Notes: a model not told the origin generated them from the letters alone. A stretch of 64,000 bases of DNA from the human T2T-CHM13v2.0 reference genome, Homo sapiens (GCF_009914755.1 NC_060934.1), one strand, 5' to 3'. Counted from the stretch's first letter, positions 1 through 14,817 are shown. Numbers and translations are program-made.

Positions 1-348
1 CAGAGTCTTTTGACCTATTCCAATCTGGACTTGCTGCCTTTTACTTCTGGTCCAAAATCGTCTTCCTAGGATCTTCTACCACCATTACCTTAAAGATTAT
101 CTTTTTTTCCTCTTTTTTCTTTTTATTGAGGCCTCAGAAAAAAACTGTTCTCCTCTTCTTCCATAGTTACAGATAGGTTGCCCAGCGAAGAACTGCATTT
201 CTCACCTATAGAGATGTAGCTGAGGTTGGTTTCCTAGCAAGGAACCACATTTCCCAGACTTCTTTGCAGCCAGATAAGGCTGTGTGATTAAGTTCTTACC
301 AGTGAACTCTGAGTGAGTGAGATGTTTGGAACTCCCACTTCTATTTCT

Positions 349-3230
<2,882 letters not shown>

Positions 3231-3438
3231 CCCTAATGCCACTTTAGATATGGCCAAGGAAGATCATGGATCAGGAGACATCTCCCTGTGTTCGTCTGCT
3301 TTTTATGTCGCTATAAATACCTGAGGTTGGGTCATTTATGAAGAAAAGAGGTTTAATTGGCTCACGGTTCTGCAGGCTGTACAGGAAGCATGGTGCTGGC
3401 ATCTGCTTCTGTTGAGGGCCTCAGGAAGCTCACAATCA

Positions 3439-4124
<686 letters not shown>

Positions 4125-5231
4125 GCCATACTCTTTTAAATGACCAGATCTTGCCTGAGCGTAGAATGAAAACTCATTATTGTGAGGACAGCACCAAAGT
4201 GCAAGACATCCATGAGGGATCTGAGCCCCTGACCCAAACACCTCCCACCAGGTCCCACCTCCAATATTGGGAATCACATTTCAACATGAGATTTGGAAGG
4301 GACAAACACCTAAACCATAGTACTCCCAGAGAGCAAAGCCAGTGCCTCAGAGGACTGTAGATTTAGGAGTTATTTCCAGGGGGCCAGGGAGTTATTAATA
4401 TACAAGAGGCAGCTGGACAAACCATGACAATTTTCCACTGTCAGAGCAGGGAGTATTTCCAATTCATGCCTATCAGGATTCAATCATTTCTATGAAAGTG
4501 ATTGCTGTGTTTTCCATTTCTCCTTTTTTCCAGTGGGGGCTTGATGGAAGTTACGTTGTTCTTGCTCCACTATTGGCTATTGGGCATCTTAAAGTCATGG
4601 TTCACTAGACTATAAAGAGCCACATTTGGACACAGTCAAAAGGGCTGAGCTACACTCAAAGATCCTGGACTTTTACGTTGGATATAGGTGGTTGCCTCCC
4701 TTGGGAAGGGACATAGACATATGTTCTATGTCTGGGAAGGGTGGGAATATGCTAGCCAGAGGGGCAGACTGTGGTGGCAATTGTCATTCCCCACCAAATC
4801 TTCTTCGTCCACAGTTATATGTAGTTAGAATGTAGTTATCCAGGTGGGGACTGTATTTACCAGCTCTTCGTGCACCCAGACATGCCTTTTGTGGAAGTTC
4901 TCATCAATGGAATGTGAACAGAAAGGATGCAACTTCTGCCCCACTTGTTAAGATGAAATATTTGCCCCTCAACTGCTTTGACCCTTCCTGCTAACTTGGA
5001 TGGCAACAACTAGAGCAGCCTTGGCAGCCCTATGTTGAGGACAGAAAGCTGGTCACCAACAGGTACTCTTATGTGAGTTAGGGCTGAGCTTCTATCATGT
5101 TTGAGCCATTGCATTTTTGGGTCTTTCTGTTAAAGTAGCTTACTGTCCCCTACTATACCTTGGAGCAGTTACTTTAGAAAGCTTGGAATTATAAACCCTT
5201 CCTCTGCTACTTGAAGATGTAAATCTTTTAC

Positions 5232-5627
5232 TGCACCAATCAGCACTGTGTAAAAATATACCAGTCAACACTCTGTGTCTAGCTAAAAGATTGTAAATGC
5301 ACCAATCAGCACTCTGTAAAATGGACCAATCAGTGCTCTGTAAAATGGACCAATCAGCACTCTGTAAAATGGAACAATCAGCAGGACGTGGGCAGGGACA
5401 AATAAGTGAATAAAAGCTGGCCACCCCCAGCCAGCAGTGGCAACGTGCTCAGGTCCCCTTCTACACTGTGGAAGCTTTGTTCTTTTGCTCTTCACAATAA
5501 ATCTTGCTGCTGCTCACTCTTTGGGTCCGTGCCACCTTTAAGAGCTGTAACTCCACAAAGGTCCGTGGCTTCATTCTTGAAGTCAGCAAGACCAAGAACT
5601 CACTGGAAGGAACCAACTCTGGACAAA
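5232..5627 (+). mobile_element. 5' LTR (LTR12 family), U3 partly deleted
   Basis: CCAATCAGC repeat units, aataaaagctggcc TATA-like box, R/U5 matching 3' LTR; ends ggacaaa (3' LTR: ggacaca). Confidence 0.9.
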
Positions 5628-5630
5628 TCT

Positions 5631-5648
5631 TGGCAACCACGAAGGGAC
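5631..5648 (+). other. Primer binding site, tRNA-Arg type
   Basis: TGGCAACCACGAAGGGAC just after the 5' LTR; one CpG-type transition from the ERV9/HERV-W Arg PBS TGGCGACCACGAAGGGAC. Confidence 0.85.
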
Positions 5649-6795
5649 TATTGCCAAGCTGCCAAGCAGTGAGTAACAACGGACCTCTTTTGCTTGCTAT
5701 TCTTTCCTATGTTTCCTTAGAATTTGGGGGCTAAATCCTGGGCACCTGTCGGCCAGTTAAACTAGCATGGCTGCTGGACTAAAGAAATGGGTGTCAGGCT
5801 TTCTGGGAAAGGGCTCTCCAACAACCCCGACTCTTTGGAGTTGGGAGTGTTGGTTTGCCTGGAACCAGCTTCCACTTTTCCTGTACTTCTGGGCTGAGCC
5901 GAGGGTTGACTGACAGGAAAGCCACTCAGCTCCAGGGTCCCAACAAAAAGTTGGTTGGCCCTGTAGCCATGAGTGGAACTCTCAAAGTCACGTCGCCCAA
6001 GTGAGACTTGCTCATCTATCCTATCTATCCTGACCCTTGCCTCCTGGGTCCTAACGCCTGTCAGACAAACTTCCTCTTGCCTCTCTTCTCCAAGGCTAGT
6101 CCTGCTTCTAAAAACCACTCCCTGCCTCTGGTGCTTTTCTAGTTTCTCCTATAAGAATGATTTCTAGTATAAACTTCAGGACTCTGTTCCCTTCCTTAGG
6201 CACCTGGGCTCACCAATCAGAAAGACATAATTTTTGTGCAAAGCCCCATCAGGTGAGGAGACCAACTATCCTTTTAGGATCCCTCCTCAAACAAGCAGGC
6301 CTAACAAAGCCTATTCCTGAAGCTAGGATATGGGGAGCCTCAGAAATGTTATCCTTCCTATTCATATAATGAGAAGTGAGGACAAAAGTCACTCTTCCAA
6401 CCCTGGAGATCCCTTCCTTTCCTCAGGGTATAGCCCTCCACTTCAGTTTTGGGGCATAACACCTTTATAGGACAGGGGTAAGTTCCCAATACTAACAGGA
6501 GAACATTTAGGACTCTAATTTTCGAGAATGCTTCGGTAAGGGCCACTAAATCCAACCTTCCTTGGTCCTCTTTGTGGTCTAAGAGGAAAACTGGGGTTTC
6601 TGCTGCTGCATTGGCGAGTGCAACTATTCTGATCAGCAGGGTCCAGGGACCATTGTGGGTTCTTGGGCAAGAGGGGTTTCTGCTGTGTCAGTGAGCACAA
6701 CTATTCTGATCAGCAGGTTCCAGGGACCATTGCAGGTTCTTGGGCAAGAGGGGGAAAACAAACCAACCAAAACTACAGGCAGTTTTTTCTTTCAG

Positions 6796-8217
6796 ATGGG
6801 AAACACTCAAGCACCAACAGCCTCACCCTTGAAATGCATCCTAAGCCACTGAGACCAATTTGACCCACAAACTCTGAAAAAGAAGCGGCTCACTTTTTCT
6901 GCACTGTGGCCTGGCCCCAATATTCTCTCTCTGATGGGGAAAAATGGCCACCTGAGGGAAGTATAAATTACAATACTATCCTGCAGCTTGACCTTTTCTG
7001 TAAGAGGAAAGGCAAATGGAGTGAAATACCTTATGTTCAAGCTTTCTTTTCATTGAAGGAGAATCCACAACTATGCAAAGCTTGCAATTTACCGTCCACA
7101 AGAGGAATTCTCAGCTTACCCCTATATCCTAGCCTCCCTATAGCTCCCCTTCCTATTAATGATAAGCCTCCTCTAATCTCCCCCACCCAGAAGAAAACAA
7201 GCAAAGAAATCTCCAAGGGACCACAAAACACCCTGGACTATTGGTTATGTCTCCTTCAAGCTGTAGGGGGAGGAAAGTTTGGCCCAACCTGGGTACATGT
7301 CCCCTTCTCCCTTTCTGATTTAAAGCAGATCAAGGCAGACCTGGGAAAGTTTTCAGATAATCCTGATAGGTATACAGATGTCCTACAGGGTCTAGGGCAA
7401 ACCTTCGATCTCACTTGAAGAGATGTCATGCTATTGTTAGATCAAACCCTGGCCTTTAATGAAAAGAATGCAGCTTTAGCTGCAGCCTGAGAGTTTGGAG
7501 ATACCTGGAAAGGGACAAATTCCCTACCGATCAGCAAGCTGTCCCCAGTATGGATCCCCACTGGGACCCTGACTCAGATCACAGGGACTGAAGTCACAAA
7601 CATCTGTTGACCTGTGTTCTGGAAGGACTAAGGAGAATTAGGAAAAAGCCCATGAATTATTCAATGATGTCCACCATAACTCAGCGAAAGGAAGAAAATC
7701 CTTCTGTCTTCCTTGAGTGGCTATGGGAGGCCTTAAGAAAATATACTCCCCTGTCACCCGACTCACTCGAGGGTCAATTGATCCTAAAAGATAAGTTTAT
7801 TACACAATCAGCCACAGATATCAGCAGAAAGCTCCAAAACCGAGCCCTGGTCCCTGAACAAAATCTGGAGGTATTATTAAACCTGGCAACCTTGGTGTTC
7901 TATACTAGGGACCAAGAGGAACAGGCCAAAAAGGAAAAGCGAGATCAGAGAAAGGCTGCAGCCTTAGTCATGGCCCTCAAACAAACAAACCTTGGTGGTT
8001 CAGAGAGGACAGAAAATGGAGCAGGCCAATCACCTGGTATGGCTTTTTATCAGTGTGGTTTGCAAGGACACCTTAGAAAAGACTGTCCAACAAGAAACAA
8101 GCTGCCCCCTCGCCCATGTCCACTATGCCGAGGCAATCACTGGAAGGCGACTGCACCAGAGGACAAAGGTTCTCTGGGCCAGAAGCCCCCAAACAGATGA
8201 TCCAACAACAGAACTGA
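6796..8217 (+). pseudogene. ERV9 gag (disrupted)
   Basis: MGNTQA start, matrix [19 protein letters not shown], capsid MHR-like Q..EENPS.FLE.L, zinc knuckle CGLQGHLRKDC; frameshifts and stops. Confidence 0.9.
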
Positions 8218-10460
8218 GGGTGTCCGGGGCAAGCGCCAGCTCATATCATCACCCTCACTGAGCCCTAGGTATGTTTAACTATTGAGGGCTGGGAAATTGA
8301 CTTCCTCCTGGACACTGGTGTGGCTTTCTCAGTGTTAATCTCCTGTACTGGACAGTGTGCTCAAGGTCTGTTACCATCTGAGGAGTCCTGGGACAGCCTG
8401 TAACCAGGTATTTCTCCCACCTCCTCAGTTGTAACTGGGAGACTTTGCTCTAAACATGCCTTTCTTGTTATGCCTGAAAGTCCCACACCCTTATTAGGGA
8501 GGGACATATTGGCCAAAGCTGGAGCTATTATCTACATGAATATGGGGAACAATTTACCCATTTGTTGCCCCCTGTTTGAGGAGGGAGTCAACCCTGAAAT
8601 ATGGGCATTGGAAAGACAATTTGGAAGGGCAAAAAATGCCCACCCAGTCCAAATCAGGCTAAAAGACCCCACCACTTTTCCTTATCAAAGACAATATCCC
8701 TTAAGGCCTAAAGCTCATAAAGGATTACAGGATATTGTTAGACATCTAAAAGCTCAAGGTTTACCAAGAAAATGCAGTAGTCCCTGCAACACCCCAATTC
8801 TAGGAGTACAAAAACCGAATGGTCAGTGGAGACTAGTGCTTAGATCTTAGACTCATCAGTGAGGCAGTAATTCCTCTATATCTAGTTGTAACCAACCCCT
8901 ATACCCTGCTCTTTCAAATACCAGAGGAAGCAGAATGGTTCACTGTTCCTGACCTCAAGGATACCTTCTTCTGTATTCCCCTGCACTCTGACTCCCAGTT
9001 TCTCTTTGCCTTCGAGGATCCCACAGACCACACGTCCCAACTTACGTGGATGGTCTTGCCCCAAGGGTTTAGGGATAGCCCTCATCTGTTTGGTCAGGCA
9101 CTTGCCCAAGATCTAGGCCACTTCTCAAGTCTAGGCATTCTAGTCCTTCAGTATGTGGATGATTTACTTTTGGCTACCAGTTTGGAAGCCTCATGCCAGC
9201 AGGCTACCCTAGATCTCTTAAACTTTCTAGCTAATCAAGGGTACAAGGCGTCTAAATCGAAGGCCTAGTTCTGCCTATAACGAGACAAATATCTAGGCCT
9301 AATTTTAGCCAGAGGAACCAGGGCCCTCAGCAAGGAACGAATACAGCCTATACTGGCTTATCCTTACCCTAAGACATTTAAACAGTTGTGGGGGTTCCTT
9401 CGAATCACTGGCTTTGCTGACTATGGATCCCTGGATACAGTGAGATGGCCAGACCCCTCTATACTCTAATCAAGGAGACCCAGAGGGCAAATACTCATCT
9501 AGTAGAATGGGAACCAGAGGCAGAAACAGCCTTCAAAACTTTAAAGCAGGCCCTAGTACAAGCTCCAGCCTTAAGCCTTCCCACAGGACAAAAACCTCTC
9601 TTTATATGTCACAGAGAGAGCAGGAATAGCTCTTGGAGTCCTTACTCAAGACTTGTGGGACAACCCCACAACCAGTGGCATACCTAAGTAAGGAAATTGA
9701 TATAGTAGCAAAAGGCTGGCCTCACTGTTTATGGGTAGTTGTGATGGTGGCCATCTTAGTGTCAGAGGCTATCAAAATAATACAAGGAAAGGATCTCATT
9801 GTCTGGACTACTCATGATGTAAATGGCATACTAGGTGCCAAAGGAAGTTTATGGCTATTAGACAACTGCCTGCTCAGATACCAGGCACTACTTCTTGAGG
9901 GACCGGTGCTTCAAATACGCATATGTGTGGCCCTCAATCCCGCCACTTTTCTCCCAGAGGATGGAGAACCAATCAAGCATGACTGCCAACAAATTATAGT
10001 CCAGAGTTATGCTACCCAAGAGGATCGCTTAGAAGTCCCCTTAGCTAATCCTGACCTTAACCTATATACTGATGGAAGTTCATTTGTGGAGAATGGGATA
10101 CGAAGAGCAGGTTATGCCATAGTTAGTGATGTAACAATACTTGAAAGTAAGCCTCTTCCCCCAGGGACCAGCACCAAGTTAGCAGAACTACTGGCACTTA
10201 CCTGAGCCTTAGAAAGGGAAAAAGAATAAATGTGTATACAGATAGCAATTATGCTTATCTAATCCTACATGCCCATGCTGCAATATGGAAAGAAAGGGAG
10301 TTCCTAACCTCCGGGGGAACCCCCACTAAATACCACAAGGAAATCATGGAGTTGTTGCATGCAGTGCAAAAACCCAAGGAGGTGGCAGTCTTACACTGCT
10401 GAAGCCATCAAAAAGGGGAAGGAGAGGGGAGAACAGCAGCATAGCAGCATATGCGGCTGG
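8218..10460 (+). pseudogene. ERV9 pro-pol (protease, RT, RNase H; integrase absent)
   Basis: LLDTG (DTG at 8311), LLGRDIL, PCNTPIL, LPQGF, YVDD (9152), RNase H YTDGSS; multiple stops. Confidence 0.92.
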
Positions 10461-10625
10461 CAGAAGCAGGGAAAGACCAGCAGAGAGAAGGAAAGAAAGA
10501 GAGAAAGACAGAAAGTCGAAGAGAGAGAGAGAAAGAGACAGAGACAAAAAAGGAGTCAAAGAGAGAAAGAGACAGAAAGTCAAAGAGAAAGAAAGAGAGA
10601 AAGGGAGAGAAGTAGTAAAGAAAAA

Positions 10626-11130
10626 ACAGTGTACCCTATTCCTTTAAAAGCCAGAGTAAATTTAAAACCTATAATTGATAATTGAAGGTCTTCTCCATGA
10701 CCCTGTAACACTCCAACACCACCTGGTTGTCAGTGTAAACAAGGGCATAGCCCGAAAGCACTGAGGCCACTGACAACCCATAGCCTTCCTATCAAAAATC
10801 CTTAACCCAGCAGGTTTCCTAACAGGGGATCTAAATCTTAATTACCATACAAAGGTCCAACCAGATCTAGGAGGAACTCCCTTCAGGACAGGACTATAGC
10901 TGGTTCCTCCCCAGCGATTAAGGGAGAAAGACACAATGAGTATTCAGTAAGTGATAAGGAAACTCTTGTAGAAGCAGAGTTAGGAAAATTGCCTAATAAT
11001 TGGTCTGTTCAAACGTGCTCCAGCTATCAGTACTCAGCCAAACCTTAAAGTACTCACAGAATCAGGAAGAAGCCATCTATACCAATTGTAAGTTAATATG
11101 GATTGAACAAGGTCTTATTAATACAAAGAA
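10626..11130 (+). pseudogene. Second, heavily deleted RT/RNase H relic of a different gamma-like ERV (HERV-I/HERVIP10-like by recollection)
   Basis: YPIPLKARVNLKPII, PCNTP, QPIAFLSKILNPAGFL, IAGSS...LPNNWSVQTC, IYTNCK, IWIEQGL in pol order. Confidence 0.75.
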
Positions 11131-11205
11131 TAATTGAAATCCCAAACTTACAAGGTTTTCAACAAAAGTAAAGTTTGCTAAAAGTTAACAGTGTAACATA
11201 TATTA

Positions 11206-11650
11206 TCCTACTACCACACACTCTCAAAGGATTTCTCAGACAGTTTGCAAGAAATAACAAAATCTATCCTTATTCTACAATTCCAAATAGACTCTTTGGC
11301 AGCAGTGACCCTCCAAAACCACCGAGGCCTAGACCTCCTCACTGCTGAGAAAGGAGGACTTTGCACCTTCTTAGGGGAAGAGTGTTGCTTTTACACTAAG
11401 CAGTCAGGGATAGGATGAGGTGCCGCCTGGTGTTTACAGGAAAAGGCTTCTGAAATCAGACAACGCCTTTCAAACTCTTATATCAACCTCTGGAGTTGGG
11501 CGATATGGCATTTCCCCTTTCTAGGTCCTGTGACGGCCATCTTGCTATTATTCACCTTCGGGCCCTGTATTTTTAACCTCCTTGTCAAATTTGTTTCCTC
11601 TAGGATTGAGGCCATCAAGCTACAGATGGTCTTACAAATGGAACCCCAAT
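11206..11650 (+). pseudogene. env transmembrane (TM) remnant; SU missing
   Basis: SYYHTLSKDFSDSLQ..., ISD LQNHRGLDLLTAEKGGL (11311), CX6CC CTFLGEECC (11362-11388), IKLQMVLQMEP tail; in-frame stop after CC. Confidence 0.9.
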
Positions 11651-11830
11651 GAGCTCAACTAACAACTTCTACTGAGGACCCCTGCACCAACCCGCTGGCC
11701 CTTTGACTGGCATAAAGAGTTCCCCTCTGGAGGACCCTACAACTGCAGGGCTCCTTCTTCAACCCATCCAGCAGGAAGTAGCTACAGAGGTCATTGCCCA
11801 ATTCCCAACAGCTCTTGGGGTGTCCTCTTT

Positions 11831-11841
11831 AGAGGGGGGAT
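11831..11841 (+). other. Polypurine tract
   Basis: AGAGGGGGGA(T) directly before the TG of the 3' LTR. Confidence 0.85.
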
Positions 11842-12399
11842 TGAGAGGTGAAGCCAGCTAGACTTCCTGGGTTGAGTAGGGACTTGGAGAACTTTTCTGT
11901 CTAGCTAGAGGATTGTAAATGCACCAATCAGTGCTCTGTGTCTAGCTGAAGGACTGTAAATGCACCAATCAGCACTCTGTAAAAACACACCAATCAGTGC
12001 TCTGTGTCTAGCTAGAAGATTGTAAATGCACCAATCAGCACTCTGTAAAAATGCACCAATCAACACTCTGTGTCTAGCTAAAGGATTGTAAATGCACCAA
12101 TCAGCATTCTTTACAATGGACCAATCAGCGCTCTGTAAAATGGACCAAGCAGCAGGATGAGGGCAGTGACAAATAAATAAATAAAAGCTGGCCACCCGAG
12201 CCAGCAGCAGCAACCCAGTCAGGTCCCCTTCCACGCTACGGAAGCTTTGTTCTTTCGCTCTTCACAATAAATCTTGCTGCTGCTCACTCTGGGTCTGTGC
12301 CACCTTGAAGAGCTGTAACACTCACCACAAAGGTCCGCGGCTTCATTCTTGAAGTCAGTGAGGCCAAGAACCCACCGGAAGGAACCAACTCCGGACACA
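11842..12399 (+). mobile_element. 3' LTR (LTR12F-like), full length
   Basis: TGAGAGGTGAAGCC...GGACACA; 7 CCAAT boxes in tandem U3 units; AATAAA at 12266. Confidence 0.92.
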
Positions 12400-12403
12400 T
12401 GAC

Positions 12404-12790
12404 CACTGAGAACTGTCTTCTCAAGGACCTGGGGGTTTGTCTCTTGAATTGCAAGCCTTCAAGGAGGTGGTTCTCATTCTCATTCCCAGTCCCTGTGGCT
12501 ACCTTGCTCTCTTACACCACTGCTTGTCATGAAGACAGAAAAATTATGTCTCCTCTGGATAAGCATGGATTAACACACCCAGATGGCCTAGTTGCAGGAC
12601 GAACCAACCCTTCACACTCCTCAGCACCTTTCCCTTAGCACACCACAGCCTCTAAAAAGCCTCCAAATTTTTGTTTCAGCAAAGTTGTGTTCAGTTCATG
12701 CTGGACCCAATTCCCTAGCAATAGTTTTCATTAAATAAAATCTAATTTACTGCTTTAACGAGTGTCCCACTTAAAAAATTTTTCTTGACA
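12404..12790 (+). mobile_element. Older ERV1-type LTR (MER34/MER39-like) interrupted by the provirus; its left part lies at ~5140-5231
   Basis: Flanks rejoin as gatgtaaatctt-ttac-cactgagaactgtcttctcaaggacctggg; AATAAA near 12735; ends ...TGACA. Confidence 0.55.
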
Positions 12791-13075
12791 GTAAGCACAT
12801 GAAATCGTTATTGAATTAATAAACTTAGGTTCTATATATGTGTAAACAGCTGAGCAGAGTTTCATTATTTTGAGCGTTCTTTTGGTATCTCCTCTCCCAA
12901 CCTCCAAGAAGCTGAAATATGGCTTAAGTTATATTTTCCTTCAAAATCTCTAACTATGAAAGATGACAATTATGTCCAAGTTATCCACAGTACCTCCTGG
13001 ATTGAAGTAAGTCAGCTTACTGTGGATATAGAAAGCTATCTAAAATGTCAGATCTCTAATTTCAATGCCCTGGTT

Positions 13076-13730
<655 letters not shown>

Positions 13731-13849
13731 CGAAATATTTTTTTCTCCCTATGGATTAAACACTTAAAAAATGTTTTACCACTTCTATTTCTGGGTCAAC
13801 CACAATGTTCGGTTCCATCCAGAAAGACAAGTGGGTTTTGGAGAGGGTG

Positions 13850-14630
13850 TTTGGTTCCGCCTAGCATGCGAATTCCCATTCCCGCACAACGCTCTTCCTC
13901 CCTTCCTCCTTCCGGTAGCGTCCAGCAGGATTCCGCTGTTCCTCCAAAATCTTTGTCAGGAGAGCCATCCTGACGGTACCTTTAGGAAGCCCATAGATAC
14001 CCGCCACAACCTGTGACTTTCAGGGTCAATTGCGTCTCAATTCGCACGTCTATCCAGAACCTGCGGGGACCACGTCCCCATCCTCCCGCCCGGCCTCCGC
14101 CCCCGAGGGTGTCACGTGCTAGACGCGGGCGTGAAGACAGTGTCGCCATGTTGATATCTGGCGTCGCCGTGTAGGGGAAGGGAGAGGGCGGCTGACTAGC
14201 TACCCGTAATTTCGGCTCCTGTGCGCAAGTGCGGAAGTGCGCTGGCCAGGAGCGTGATCGGTTTCCGGTCAGTGGTGTGGTACCGGGTACCCGGAGACGT
14301 GTATCGGACGGTGGGCCGCAGCCATGGCCGAGAGAAAACCTAACGGTGGCAGCGGCGGCGCCTCCACTTCCTCATCGGGCACTAACTTACTTTTCTCCTC
14401 CTCGGCCACGGAGTTCAGCTTCAATGTGCCCTTCATCCCAGTCACCCAGGCCTCCGCTTCTCCGGCCTCCCTGCTCTTACCGGGAGGTAATAAGGGGAGG
14501 GCGGCCCCGTGTGTGGTGGGAGGCGGGCGGGGGACGTGCAATGACAAAGGTCAGACGGGAGTTTTTCCTTCTGCCTCGAGCTACCCTCTGGATAGCTTGC
14601 CAGGATCATTACTGGCCAGGTTTGAGTGGG
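13850..14630. promoter_or_regulatory. CpG-island promoter of SEC23IP
   Basis: High CpG/GC; GC box ctccgccccc (~14095), E-box GTCACGTG (14111), YY1-like CGCCATGTTG (14144), ETS GCGGAAGTG (14231) and TTTCCGGT (14262); no TATA seen. Confidence 0.88.
14324..14486 (+). CDS. SEC23IP: SEC23IP exon 1 coding part (163 nt)
   Basis: Kozak gccATGg at 14324; MAERKPNGG...SLLLPG; donor GAG|gtaata. Confidence 0.96.
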
Positions 14631-14817
14631 TCGGGGGCTTTGGGATCTTGGAGGTGGCAGGTGATGAGACTTGCTCTTCACGGAAACCCCCTGTTCCGAG
14701 TTGTCCAGAGTGCTGGACATTCATTCGTACCCTGGCATTCCGCAAATCTTTGCTGAATACCCGTTGTTGGTACGCCAGGTGCTGGCAGGAAATGCAAATA
14801 AATTAAACAGTGGCCCT

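Larger units (their letters stand above)
5232..12399 (+). mobile_element. Defective ERV9 (HERV9/LTR12F-like) provirus
   Basis: Two related LTRs, tRNA-Arg-type PBS, degenerate gag/pro/pol, env TM remnant, PPT; 4-bp flanks ttac/tgac consistent with a diverged TSD. Confidence 0.92.

Noticed and set aside
6906-10205. ERV ORFs of 126-197 aa as possible co-opted genes
   Set aside because: Fragments bounded by stops and frameshifts; no intact gag, pol or env
10344-10685. Charged ER/RK-rich ORF and its antisense LS-rich ORF
   Set aside because: Translation artefacts of the GA-rich tract
10725-10778. Hammerhead ribozyme suggested by GAAA and CTGAGG inside a stem
   Set aside because: No CUGANGA core and motif order does not fit; the sequence is explained as pol-derived
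11905-12130. Repeat-spacer appearance of CCAATCAGC units (also 5232-5380)
   Set aside because: Normal LTR12 U3 tandem repeats with no unique spacers; not a CRISPR array
14148-14174. 8-codon uORF (gccATGttg...TAG)
   Set aside because: Probably upstream of the main TSS and better explained as a YY1 site; cannot be supported without TSS data
14283-14294. 12-bp palindrome CCGGGTACCCGG before the ATG
   Set aside because: Short and plausible by chance in a GC-rich island
14229-14806. Overlapping 160-175 aa ORFs across exon 1/intron 1
   Set aside because: Expected stop-poor GC-rich sequence; the real frame is spliced at 14486
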